Positions 9,200-18,289 of a stretch of DNA of 64,000 nt are shown here, piece by piece. The translations under genes were made by a program, and so were the position numbers. Under the pieces are notes generated by a model. That model was given only the letters and a program-made list of their open reading frames with translations. It made no database searches and had not been told where the DNA came from. The stretch is from a virus. The number at the start of each line of letters is the position of its first letter. Position 1 is the stretch's first letter. The stretch spans positions 1-64,000 of IMG/VR virus record IMGVR_UViG_3300032307_000622; one strand, written 5' to 3'.

Positions 9200-9844
9200 A
9201 TGGAATACGAAATACTAGATTTGGGACTAGTTTATTATAAAAATGCAATACCAAGCCCACAATTCATAATAGATACTGTCAACAGTGTAGATAACAGATT
9301 TTTGAATGGTGAACACGGAGACAATTACACTAGCGTTAAGCCATGGACTGCCTGGACCTATGGAGACACAACATTTAATTGGCAAAAGTTTTTTCCAGAA
9401 TCAAAGAATATCAGACCTGATGACTACTATGCGGAAGAAATGAAGTCTGTTTCAGACATGCTGTATTCATCACTAGATGCCGCTTTTGACCACTACTCAA
9501 ATACCATATACCCATTTGCAGCAAAAAATATTAAAAGTCGTGAACAAAGCATTCATCTATTAAAGTATGAGGAAGGCGGACACCTTCCAGCACACCAAGA
9601 TCAGGGAGTCAGTAGCCGTGTCCTGTCTACCGTAATGTATCTTAATGACAACTATGAAGGCGGAGAGATTGAATTTAGGCAATCTAATGTTAAAATAAAG
9701 CCAGAGGCTGGAAGCATTATATTCTTCCCATCTAACTTTTTGTACGTACATGAGGTGTACGCAATAACAAAGGGGGCAAGATATTCTATGCCACACTGGT
9801 ACCACAATATGACCAATTTTATCCACTCAAATGGGGACGAATAG
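9200..9844 (+). CDS. 2OG-Fe(II) oxygenase, prolyl 4-hydroxylase-like
   Basis: HQD, YLNDNYEGGE, FPSNFLYVHEV, R motifs; ATG 9200 follows AGGAG. Confidence 0.87.
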   Translation: MEYEILDLGLVYYKNAIPSPQFIIDTVNSVDNRFLNGEHGDNYTSVKPWTAWTYGDTTFNWQKFFPESKNIRPDDYYAEEMKSVSDMLYSSLDAAFDHYSNTIYPFAAKNIKSREQSIHLLKYEEGGHLPAHQDQGVSSRVLSTVMYLNDNYEGGEIEFRQSNVKIKPEAGSIIFFPSNFLYVHEVYAITKGARYSMPHWYHNMTNFIHSNGDE

Positions 9845-9890
9845 TGGTATAATAATCTTGCCAATATAACTTGTGTAAGGGGTTGATAAA

Positions 9891-10547
9891 ATGGCAAAAG
9901 CACAATACCCAATTGATGGAAAAAAGGGCAAGGCTTGGAAGATTACAAGTCCGTTCGGATGGAGGGTACATCCCATCGAAAAAATCAAAAAGCATCATAA
10001 CGGCGATGACATCTGGGGACCTAACCCAAAGATCTATATTGAAGCATGGCATGATGGAACTGTTGTTTATGCAGGACCATCAAAACTAAAGAATGCCGAT
10101 GGCTCTCTAGGAGGCATTGGTTACTACGTAGATATTCGTTCTAAGATTAATGGCAAGTGGTATGTAACTCGTTCTGGCCACATGGAAAAGGGTAGCCTAA
10201 AGGTTAAGACTGGGCAAAAGGTTGAGGCTGGAACTATCCTAGGAATTATGGGAAACACTGGGGCTTCAGCTGGAAGGCATTTGCACTTTGAAATTGTTGA
10301 AGGCAAGGTTCACCGCTGGGATCTAAACGGTAAAGGGTTTGTTAGCCCTATTGCCTTTGTTGAAGCTGTAATGGCTTGGGAAAAGCTAAAGGATTCTGCT
10401 AAAGATGAAACTCCAGACGATGGTGTTCTTAATGATACTCCTCCAAGCTTAGATGTTTCTAGTCTTGCTGCTAAGAAAAAACCAGGAAAGGGCACAAAAT
10501 TAGTAAACCCAGTCCCTGGTTTTGGTGGCAAAAAGAAAAAAAGCTAG
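9891..10547 (+). CDS. M23 family peptidase (lysin)
   Basis: TSPFGWRVHP, HNGDD, MGNTGASAGRHLHFE motifs. Confidence 0.88.
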   Translation: MAKAQYPIDGKKGKAWKITSPFGWRVHPIEKIKKHHNGDDIWGPNPKIYIEAWHDGTVVYAGPSKLKNADGSLGGIGYYVDIRSKINGKWYVTRSGHMEKGSLKVKTGQKVEAGTILGIMGNTGASAGRHLHFEIVEGKVHRWDLNGKGFVSPIAFVEAVMAWEKLKDSAKDETPDDGVLNDTPPSLDVSSLAAKKKPGKGTKLVNPVPGFGGKKKKS

Positions 10548-10595
10548 CTTTATTTTATTTAAGTCTTCTGCTATAATTGTACCTGGAGGTGCGTT

Positions 10596-11363
10596 ATGGC
10601 TAAAGCACAATTTCCCATTGATGGGGTTCCAGGCAAGGACTGGAAGGTAACAAGTAAAATGGGCTGGAGAGTTCATCCAGTTAAAAAAACTAAGAAGCAT
10701 CACAATGGTACAGACATCATTGGAAAAGGCAGCAAAGTTTTTATTGAATCAGCGTTTGACGGTAAAGTAACATATGCTGGACCATCAAAGACTAAAAATT
10801 CTGATGGAGAGCCAAGTGGATTTGGCTATTACGTAAAAGTTACAAGCAAGATTAATGGAGAATGGTATAGCCATCTTTATGCTCATCTTGCCAAAGGATC
10901 TCTTCAGGTAAAAACTGGAGATAAGATTGAAGCTGGAAAAGTTCTTGGAGTGATGGGGACTAGTGGTATGAGCACTGGTGTTCATTTGCACTGGGAGATT
11001 TGGAAGGGTAGCCAGCACGGTTGGTCAGACAATGGTAAGGGATTTGTTGAACCAATTGAGTTTACAAAGTCTGTTATTGCTTCTCAAAAGGCAGCAGGAT
11101 TTGCTAACGAAGCAACTCCAGAAGATGCCCCAGCTGAAATTATAAAGGTTGAAGCAGCACCAAAACCAGCAGCAAAGCCAGCAGTAAAAAAGGCACCAGC
11201 TGCTAAGCCAGTAGCAAAGCAAAAGTCACACAAGGTAGTGTCTGGAGACACCCTAAGCAAGATTGCTGCAAAAAATGGCACTACAGTAGCCGCTTTGACA
11301 AAGTTAAATAACATTAAGAATGCTAATTCTATTAGTGTGGGACAGGTAATAAAGCTACCATAA
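10596..11363 (+). CDS. M23 family peptidase with C-terminal LysM (lysin)
   Basis: HNGTD, YAHL, STGVHLHWE; LysM HKVVSGDTLSKIA...ISVGQVIKLP. Confidence 0.92.
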   Translation: MAKAQFPIDGVPGKDWKVTSKMGWRVHPVKKTKKHHNGTDIIGKGSKVFIESAFDGKVTYAGPSKTKNSDGEPSGFGYYVKVTSKINGEWYSHLYAHLAKGSLQVKTGDKIEAGKVLGVMGTSGMSTGVHLHWEIWKGSQHGWSDNGKGFVEPIEFTKSVIASQKAAGFANEATPEDAPAEIIKVEAAPKPAAKPAVKKAPAAKPVAKQKSHKVVSGDTLSKIAAKNGTTVAALTKLNNIKNANSISVGQVIKLP

Positions 11364-11539
11364 TGGCAACTTACGAGTATAAGTGTAAGCTTTGCGATGC
11401 CTCTATAACAATCTCTAGAGGCATTGCTGACAAGGAAGAAATTCCTAAATGTTTAGCTTGCAATATTGACTATAGTAGGGTATACTCTTCTTTAGGAGTT
11501 ACCTTTAAGGGTAGCGGATTTTACAGCACAGACAAATAG
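11363..11539 (+). CDS. FmdB-family zinc-ribbon protein
   Basis: Hand-translated MATYEYKCKLC...PKCLAC...FKGSGFYSTDK. Confidence 0.85.
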   Translation: MATYEYKCKLCDASITISRGIADKEEIPKCLACNIDYSRVYSSLGVTFKGSGFYSTDK

Positions 11540-11548
11540 GAGCAACGC

Positions 11549-11788
11549 ATGCAAGACGTTGTAGAGCAACAGTGGACGCTAACAGCTAACGATAGATGTG
11601 ACTATGGGTGTTCTGCCCAAGCCTACGTAAAAGCTACTGGAGTTACTGGAGATCTTTTATTCTGTTCTCACCACTATGAAAAAATCATGAATGATCCTGT
11701 TGGATATGAAAAAATGATGAATTTCGCATATGAGTTCTTGGATGAGAGAGAAAGACTCATTGAAAATAGATTGGTCGGAGAAAATTGA
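11549..11788 (+). CDS. conserved actinobacterial/actinophage small Cys/His protein
   Basis: LTANDRCDxxCxAQAY...LLFCSHH motif. Confidence 0.7.
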   Translation: MQDVVEQQWTLTANDRCDYGCSAQAYVKATGVTGDLLFCSHHYEKIMNDPVGYEKMMNFAYEFLDERERLIENRLVGEN

Positions 11789-12543
11789 TTATTCAGATTA
11801 TTGGTCTACCAGGCAGCGGTAAGACCACATTGGCAAAAGCATTGCTAGAAAAGATAGATGCAATACACTTAAATGCTGATGAAGTCAGAGCAACCATAAA
11901 CTCTGACCTTGGTTTTAATATTGATGACAGAATTGAAAATGCCAGAAGGCTTGGAGCAATGGCAGAGCTGCTCTCTGCTCAGGGTAGAACTGTTATTGTT
12001 GACTTTGTTTGTCCAACAGTAGAAACAAGAAAGGCCTTTGGCTATAGTGACTTTTTAATTTGGATGGATAGAATCGACAAGGGTAGATTTGAAGATACCA
12101 ATTCTATTTGGCAAAATCCAGCAGTATGTGATCTTAGAATTAAAGATGGTCTTACAATTGATGAAGAGGTTGCCTTAGTAATTAAAGAAGCAGAGCTGTT
12201 TGATTGGTCTGCACCTACGACCCTACAGCTTGGTAGATATCAGCCATGGCACGAAGGTCACCAAGCCTTAAAGGATGAGGCACATAAGCGAACAGAACAA
12301 GTTTTAGTTGGAGTAAGGAATACATATGGGACTTCGGAAAAAGATCCGCTCACTTATGAAGAAGTTGAACGATATATATATCAGAATAGCGAAGAACGAG
12401 TGGGGACCTTAGTTCTCAGGCTACCCAACATTACCAATATTGTTTATGGTAGAGATGTTGGATATAAAATTGAGCACATAGATCTTCCGCCAGAAATTCA
12501 AGCTATTTCTGCCACACAAAAAAGGAAAGAACTTGGAATCTAG
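11785..12543 (+). CDS. cysC: adenylylsulfate kinase-like domain fused to a cytidylyltransferase-like (HxGH) domain
   Basis: P-loop GLPGSGKTT, LNADEVR, DR.ENARR; C-terminal GRYQPWHEGH and ISAT. Confidence 0.8.
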   Translation: MIIQIIGLPGSGKTTLAKALLEKIDAIHLNADEVRATINSDLGFNIDDRIENARRLGAMAELLSAQGRTVIVDFVCPTVETRKAFGYSDFLIWMDRIDKGRFEDTNSIWQNPAVCDLRIKDGLTIDEEVALVIKEAELFDWSAPTTLQLGRYQPWHEGHQALKDEAHKRTEQVLVGVRNTYGTSEKDPLTYEEVERYIYQNSEERVGTLVLRLPNITNIVYGRDVGYKIEHIDLPPEIQAISATQKRKELGI

Positions 12544-12736
12544 TCTAAGATCAATAACAAAAGCATTAACTTATAGGTTTTGGCAAAGTGCCAACACCTT
12601 CTTGATATCTTTAATAGTTACTGGTAAAATAGAAATGGCTGCAGCTATTGTAAGCATAGAAGTTATAATCAAGATAGTGGTTTATTTCTGGCATGAAAGA
12701 ATCTGGAGCAAGATTAGATGGGGACTGAAAAAATGA
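12533..12736 (+). CDS. DUF2061-family membrane protein
   Basis: RSxxKAxTYR...YFxHERIW motif. Confidence 0.75.
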   Translation: MESSLRSITKALTYRFWQSANTFLISLIVTGKIEMAAAIVSIEVIIKIVVYFWHERIWSKIRWGLKK

Positions 12737-13239
12737 TTATTCAAATGTTCGGCATGGATGCTTATGCCAGAAAAGAGATCGGAACAGCTCTCGCATCAGA
12801 GCTTGACGCTTGGTACTTGGCAAGCACAGACCTTCCAATGGGTCACACACAGCCTCAGCAGGCACGTTGGCTACGTGTAGTGTCTAAAGTATTTGATAGA
12901 AACTATCATGGTGACATTATTACTAGTGGGTACTTTGCTACAGCTGAAGCTAGAGAGCAATACAAGATTGAGCCTGGACGCAAGATGCCAGACTTAGCGA
13001 TTTATGTAGATACTGTTCCACACGAAGACTTCGATAAAATTCCAGGGTACGTTGAGCGAAAGATTCAGCTTGTAGACAACCACAGTGGAGAAGAATTCCA
13101 GGAACTGAATTACTGGGAAGAGCCAGATCCTAGCGAATATGATATTCATATCACATCTCTTGGAACAGAGGATAACAACTCAGTAGAGTATTGGGTTGAT
13201 GTTATACTAAAAAGAATAAAGGAGCTTAGAAGTGTTTGA
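12733..13239 (+). CDS. degenerate APS-kinase-like protein
   Basis: N-terminus parallels the 11785 gene (MIIQxxG) but lacks the P-loop GKT; WEEP motif near the C-terminus. Confidence 0.5.
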   Translation: MIIQMFGMDAYARKEIGTALASELDAWYLASTDLPMGHTQPQQARWLRVVSKVFDRNYHGDIITSGYFATAEAREQYKIEPGRKMPDLAIYVDTVPHEDFDKIPGYVERKIQLVDNHSGEEFQELNYWEEPDPSEYDIHITSLGTEDNNSVEYWVDVILKRIKELRSV

Positions 13240-13639
13240 GTATTATGTAAAAAATGTTATTAAGGTTGTTGATGGTGACACAATTGACGTTGTTATTGAT
13301 CTAGGTTTTGATATTAGCTTTACCTCACGTGTTCGTCTTGCTGGCATTGATACCCCAGAGTCTCGTACAACAGACAAGAAGGAAAAGGCCCTTGGTCTAG
13401 AGTCAAAGAAGTATCTTGAGACTAGGATTAAGGCAGCCAAGAATATTGTTATTAAGACTGAAAAAATGGACTCATCTGAAAAGTATGGACGTATTCTAGG
13501 ATGGTTATATCTTGATGGCGATGGCAACTCAGTCAACCATGAGATGATTGAAAAGGGTTATGCTTGGGGATATCTTGGAGACACCAAGGTAAAAGATTTT
13601 GATGCACTTGCAAAAGCAAGAGAAAAACACTCTAAGTAA
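13232..13639 (+). CDS. thermonuclease (SNase-like)
   Basis: VVDGDT, VRLAGIDTPE, KYGRILG motifs. Confidence 0.9.
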   Translation: MFEYYVKNVIKVVDGDTIDVVIDLGFDISFTSRVRLAGIDTPESRTTDKKEKALGLESKKYLETRIKAAKNIVIKTEKMDSSEKYGRILGWLYLDGDGNSVNHEMIEKGYAWGYLGDTKVKDFDALAKAREKHSK

Positions 13640-13665
13640 TTTAACTAAAGTAGTATAATCTTATC

Positions 13666-14097
13666 ATGGAATTCTTGCTTGGATTTTTTATTGGGGCTAC
13701 CCTGGTTGTGTTGTCCTATAGGTTTGTGATTAAAAACAGCCTAAATGTAGATAAAAAAATTAAAGTGAGATACTGTCAAAGCCATATAGTCGAAATATTG
13801 CGACCGCTTGGCCTTATGCCCCATGCTACTCCTAAAAGGGCTAAAAAGACCCAATCATCCGATTACGAAGATTCTCAATCAGTTCGTGTAGTTATGGTAG
13901 ATGGCCAGGCTTACTGGATTAGAGACAATGTATTCTACACTGCTGATATAGATGAAAACTACTTAATCAATAATGATTCAACAAGAAGGGTTGACACAAT
14001 GGGTATGGATAAGGTACAATTGGAGAAAATAATGATTATTGTAGACAAGCTCACGGAAGGGGAAAACCATGATGATCGCAATTCAAGGAACACGTAA
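13666..14097 (+). CDS. hypothetical membrane-anchored protein
   Basis: N-terminal TM segment; leaderless promoter. Confidence 0.65.
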   Translation: MEFLLGFFIGATLVVLSYRFVIKNSLNVDKKIKVRYCQSHIVEILRPLGLMPHATPKRAKKTQSSDYEDSQSVRVVMVDGQAYWIRDNVFYTADIDENYLINNDSTRRVDTMGMDKVQLEKIMIIVDKLTEGENHDDRNSRNT

Positions 14098-14419
14098 TTT
14101 TGAAGATTACAATGTTTTCCTAAGAGCTATGGGAACAGCCATGTCAACCATGGATTCTGAAGACACAGAAATTAGTATCTTTTCTGCAGGACCTTTTAAA
14201 GTTAATGCAATGGCAATAGAGTTTGCAAACATTTCTGAAAGAAGTCTGAAGGCAAGGGGAAAAAAGATCAAGGTCGTAAAGGTACCACCTTCCTGGATTG
14301 AACAAAACATTCACAGTATTGATTATTTTGCATTTTTTAGTAAGCCAAAAGAAACTGTTTCTAGTTTAGTAGATTTAGCAGATGCTAAAGATGTAGAGGT
14401 TGGTGTATATAGATACTAA
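14069..14419 (+). CDS. hypothetical protein (SLOG/YspA-like N-terminus)
   Basis: IAIQGTRNFEDY resembles the GxRxFxDY motif. Confidence 0.5.
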   Translation: MMIAIQGTRNFEDYNVFLRAMGTAMSTMDSEDTEISIFSAGPFKVNAMAIEFANISERSLKARGKKIKVVKVPPSWIEQNIHSIDYFAFFSKPKETVSSLVDLADAKDVEVGVYRY

Positions 14420-14459
14420 TTCTTGTATCTATATTAGTAAAAGCAATAGGGGTGTGATT

Positions 14460-14669
14460 ATGCTAATTAATTCACTTGAAAAAATGGAGACCATTGTAGA
14501 AAACAATAAGGCTCTCTCTTGGGATGGTTGGACAGTTGTTGAAAACAATTTCAAGGAAAATGGTGTCGTATCTAAAGACGGTGCCTACGTTAATAACAGA
14601 TGGATTGTACAGAAACGATACGAAGCTACTGTTGACGGCTGGGAGATACCAGATAAGTTTATGAGGTAG
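14460..14669 (+). CDS. hypothetical protein
   Basis: ORF MLINSLEKME...LSWDGW. Confidence 0.6.
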   Translation: MLINSLEKMETIVENNKALSWDGWTVVENNFKENGVVSKDGAYVNNRWIVQKRYEATVDGWEIPDKFMR

Positions 14670-14671
14670 CC

Positions 14672-14953
14672 GTGAAAAACGAATGGAAAGATCACGGCTC
14701 TTGTCGTAACTATGACACAAACTTCTTTTTTGATAAATATGAAGAAAGTGTTACCCTAAGACCTGCAATTGATCAACTCTGTAACTCCTGTCCAGTAGTA
14801 AGGCAATGCTTTGCTATAGGAATTTCCCAAAAAGAGTGGGGAGTCTGGGGCGGAGTTTATCTTGAAAATGGAGAGATATCTAGAGAGTTTAACAGACATC
14901 GAACCAAGGTTGAGTGGGCTGAAAAATGGAAAAACTTAACGATGGATAACTAA
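14672..14953 (+). CDS. whiB: WhiB-family Fe-S transcription factor
   Basis: W...C...FF...CxxCPVxxxC...GVWGG motif. Confidence 0.9.
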   Translation: MKNEWKDHGSCRNYDTNFFFDKYEESVTLRPAIDQLCNSCPVVRQCFAIGISQKEWGVWGGVYLENGEISREFNRHRTKVEWAEKWKNLTMDN

Positions 14954-15189
14954 TGTATACAGATGCAATGAAGATGGCTTTTCACTCAATTACTCCCCCT
15001 AAAAATTTTGGGGTTCAGTTAGTTGACAATGAGCATTTTATTAGCGTAAGGGCCAAAGAGGATGCCTTTCTAAGACTTTCTGATCAGGAGAAAAGATACG
15101 CAGTGGAATATATGGTTAGGGTTAAAAAGGCTTTAGAAGACAATGGAGCTATCGTATTACTGGTTAGAGAGGGTGGGGCAGAGCTATGA
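14953..15189 (+). CDS. hypothetical protein
   Basis: Translationally coupled to whiB. Confidence 0.65.
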   Translation: MYTDAMKMAFHSITPPKNFGVQLVDNEHFISVRAKEDAFLRLSDQEKRYAVEYMVRVKKALEDNGAIVLLVREGGAEL

Positions 15190-15584
15190 TTCTTGACACC
15201 ATAGCAGTAGCTATACCTTCTTTAATTTGCGTACTTTTGGTAGTAACAGTCTTACAACAAAGAAAGGCTGAGAAAGAGCTTTTAGAAAAGTATGTGAGGG
15301 CTGAAATTGAAAAGTCTGTGGTTTTAGAAAAATTAAGAGATGCCCTAACAGAAATTGAAGCCAAGGGCGTTGAGGAATCTGATGGCTTTTTAAAGTTTAT
15401 ATCTGAATCTCGTGACTGGGCCTTTAAATACATTGAGGATGTCCAGGAAGCTCTTTCAGAGTTTGATGCAAAGGTGTCTCCTTATTTTGCTAATAAAATA
15501 GCTTCTGATCAAGAGGCCATAATTGCTATCAAAAAGGAATATGAGAAGTTAAAGCAAATGCTTCCAAATGATGTGGTAAACTAA
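15186..15584 (+). CDS. membrane-anchored coiled-coil protein
   Basis: N-terminal TM segment; FLKFISESRDWAFKYIE. Confidence 0.65.
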   Translation: MILDTIAVAIPSLICVLLVVTVLQQRKAEKELLEKYVRAEIEKSVVLEKLRDALTEIEAKGVEESDGFLKFISESRDWAFKYIEDVQEALSEFDAKVSPYFANKIASDQEAIIAIKKEYEKLKQMLPNDVVN

Positions 15585-15612
15585 TCTTTGGCCATTGGGC
15601 TGTGGAGGAAAA

Positions 15613-15783
15613 ATGTTTTCAATTAAAGATTATGCTGAAACGGACACATATAATTATAAGGTTTGCCAAATTTCTTATTGTGAGGAAGAGGCAACAGAGA
15701 TTTATGAAGACGAGACAAAGGTTATCGATGTCTGCGATCATCATGATAAAATCCTTAATGCCAACAAGTGGACATTATGGTAA
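15613..15783 (+). CDS. small Cys/His protein
   Basis: GGAGG SD before ATG; CxxxxC...CxHH. Confidence 0.55.
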   Translation: MFSIKDYAETDTYNYKVCQISYCEEEATEIYEDETKVIDVCDHHDKILNANKWTLW

Positions 15784-15797
15784 CGAAAGGCAAAAAA

Positions 15798-16175
15798 ATG
15801 AAAAATCAAGTAAAAGCAGCACTAGATTCTTATCTAAGAAATCTGCTTGGTGTTGGATTGGCCCTAGTAACTACTACTATGGCTAGTGCAGGGGTATCCT
15901 CTCCACTAGACTTTGGTGTTGCAGAATGGCTAGCAGTAGCCAATGGTCTATGGGCAGCAGCCGTGCCAACTCTGATTCGTTGGGCTAACAAGAAGGACCC
16001 AGCTTTTGGTTTGGTAGCTCAGGTTGTAGCGTCTTCTGTATCAAAAAAGATTAGTGAAGAAACTGCAAAGACAACCACAAAGCCATCCGCTGGGACTGGC
16101 AAAGTTGCATCAGGTGATTCAAAGAAGACAGCTGCTAAGAAGACAGCTGCAAAGAAGCCAGCAACTAAAAAGTAA
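15798..16175 (+). CDS. holin-like protein with Lys/Ala-rich tail
   Basis: SYLR, TM segments, RWxNxKDPAFG motif, KKTAAKK tail. Confidence 0.6.
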   Translation: MKNQVKAALDSYLRNLLGVGLALVTTTMASAGVSSPLDFGVAEWLAVANGLWAAAVPTLIRWANKKDPAFGLVAQVVASSVSKKISEETAKTTTKPSAGTGKVASGDSKKTAAKKTAAKKPATKK

Positions 16176-16188
16176 ATAGCTACACAAC

Positions 16189-16217
16189 AAGACCTGAACA
16201 AGTCTTAAAACTGTTCA
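16189..16217 (+). ncRNA. 3'-UTR pseudoknot motif copy 1
   Basis: AAGAC-CT-GAACA-A-GTCTT-AAAAC-TGTTCA followed by a T-run, 13 nt after a stop. Confidence 0.65.
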
Positions 16218-16222
16218 TTTTT

Positions 16223-16945
16223 TTATTCTTTGTTGGGCTTAACTTTTCCAAATGTTGGGCTAAAGACATATTCAAGGTTTGGCTGATAATATTTCTTAGG
16301 ATCTAGAAGATCTTGCCTATCCTGTCTTTCATCAAAAGTAATTTCATTAAAGAAGCACACCATTGTAATCCTTGTGCCACTTTTAACTGGATGTACCTTG
16401 TGCTCATAGCTATATCCAGAAGGGAACATAAAGAGCTGTCCAGCTTTTGGCTTTATAGTAATGCCAAAATGAATAAACTCTAGCTCTCCACCTTCATAAT
16501 CATCATTTGGATAATAGACCAAAGATGCTGTTCTGGGCGTGGCAAAAGTATCATCTGAGTGAGATCCAAAAAACTCTCCAGGACCAGTAAACTTTGTAAT
16601 TCTTAAATCTTCTCTACTTTTTGGATCTAGGTTCCAGTGATAAAGATAAGAGTCAATAACTTCTTCAAGATTTGTGGTAACCTCTGGATCTTCCCATACC
16701 CAACATGTACGACTTTTCTTGCCAGTATCTTCGTCTAGATAATCTTCTCGAATCCATTTTCTATTTCCAGGAAGACCTCGTTCCCAGTATTCGTCATTTT
16801 CTATTTTATTAAAGAACTCCATGGAGTTTGGCCATACATCGCTATAGATATGTAGGCCAGGAATTGGGGATTCGTATGGAAATGTATTTTCTTTACGGCT
16901 TCTAGTTATCTTATTTGCCGCATCTTCTAGGCGTTCTCTGATCAT
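16223..16945 (-). CDS. 2OG-Fe(II) oxygenase, prolyl 4-hydroxylase-like
   Basis: HSD, YPNDDYEGGEL, H..HPVKSGTR motifs. Confidence 0.85.
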   Translation of the reverse strand: MIRERLEDAANKITRSRKENTFPYESPIPGLHIYSDVWPNSMEFFNKIENDEYWERGLPGNRKWIREDYLDEDTGKKSRTCWVWEDPEVTTNLEEVIDSYLYHWNLDPKSREDLRITKFTGPGEFFGSHSDDTFATPRTASLVYYPNDDYEGGELEFIHFGITIKPKAGQLFMFPSGYSYEHKVHPVKSGTRITMVCFFNEITFDERQDRQDLLDPKKYYQPNLEYVFSPTFGKVKPNKE

Positions 16946-17020
16946 TGGATTCCTTTTGTTATATAAAAATTATAGCATAAAATCTGGTACAATTAGTTGT
17001 TCAATACGAAAGGGAACACT

Positions 17021-17302
17021 ATGAAAGAATTAATTTTTGCCACTGCTGATGGTTGTACAGCCTCTGTAGAGGTCCAAGAAAAGGTAGACCTATTTAGCCA
17101 GCAGAACCCAGATGTAGTTATTACCAAGCTAAAGGCAGAAGATGACATGGATCTTTTTGCTAGCCTTTCTGGTGGTTGGAAGTTCAATGAGACACCTGCC
17201 TTTACAGCAAGAATTGACGGAGAAATTGTTGATAGACACCAGGGTAAGCTATGCGAGGTTAGGCTTGGGAAGATGTTTACTGGCGGAGACTCAGGCAACT
17301 AG
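17021..17302 (+). CDS. thioredoxin-fold protein (single Cys)
   Basis: F.A.GC..S, TPAF, DG....RHQG pattern. Confidence 0.55.
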   Translation: MKELIFATADGCTASVEVQEKVDLFSQQNPDVVITKLKAEDDMDLFASLSGGWKFNETPAFTARIDGEIVDRHQGKLCEVRLGKMFTGGDSGN

Positions 17303-17371
17303 TAGATAAATCTTTTTGGTTTATTTAATTCTTTTTTGATTTTTCTAAATCTATACCATAGTATTATTTTT

Positions 17372-18289
17372 TTAATCATCAAAAAGACCTCTTGACTCTA
17401 TTTCTTCCTTAAAAGATTTGAGCCAATACTCATGTATTAGCCTGCCAGAGTGACCATCTCTTCTCTTTAAATCTCCAGGATTAATCTTTCCATCTGGCCT
17501 AGCAGATTGAATATAGCTTTGAACTTCAGAGCTATTCATTCTAAAAAATGATTTTAAAGTTGTAATCTTGTCAATATTCTGACCTTCTAGATAATCCCAG
17601 GTAGAGCATAAAAGTTTTACGCCATTAGATTCACAATACTTTTCAAATAGTTTCCAACTTACCAAAAAGTTTATAAAAAAGTCTTTATGGTCTAGCGGAG
17701 TAGTTATGTCATTAAAAAAGTTTCGATCTTTTTGTGGTATAACCTCTGTGGGCGGAGCTTTTTGAACATATCTCCATGTTTCTTGCTCTTCTTCCCATTT
17801 AAAAAATCTTCCAAGATTTGGTAAAAGTACAAAAAAGTGTGTTGGAAATCCATACTTTTCTACATAAATCATAAAGTTGAGAATTATTTTTTGCCAACCA
17901 AAGCCAGAACGAGCTATACTATAAAAGCCATCGATGTCATGTTTATTTTTAATATTTTCGTGAAGCATTTTAGACCAAACTTCTTCTATTGGGCTAGCAA
18001 TTCCCTCAGTTTCTGAGCAGCCACCAAATAAAATATGATATTTATTGTTGTGAATATCTGTAAAGTCATCACTTCTAAACCATTCATTGTTATATTTATA
18101 TTTGATTGATCCATCATCATATTTTACATTTTGTAAATGTTCTATTGGGGTAATTGTTAACTCTCTATTGGAGTCTTGCCACTCGTGTCCAAATGCCCAG
18201 GTTATATCAAACTTATTTAAAAATACATCCCAAGCTGCAGTACTCTTTGAAAAAATATTTTCAGTTAATAAAAAATCTTTTTGGTTCAT
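17372..18289 (-). CDS. hypothetical protein (SGNH-like)
   Basis: FGGCSETEG and C-terminal RDGHSG motifs. Confidence 0.5.
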   Translation of the reverse strand: MNQKDFLLTENIFSKSTAAWDVFLNKFDITWAFGHEWQDSNRELTITPIEHLQNVKYDDGSIKYKYNNEWFRSDDFTDIHNNKYHILFGGCSETEGIASPIEEVWSKMLHENIKNKHDIDGFYSIARSGFGWQKIILNFMIYVEKYGFPTHFFVLLPNLGRFFKWEEEQETWRYVQKAPPTEVIPQKDRNFFNDITTPLDHKDFFINFLVSWKLFEKYCESNGVKLLCSTWDYLEGQNIDKITTLKSFFRMNSSEVQSYIQSARPDGKINPGDLKRRDGHSGRLIHEYWLKSFKEEIESRGLFDD

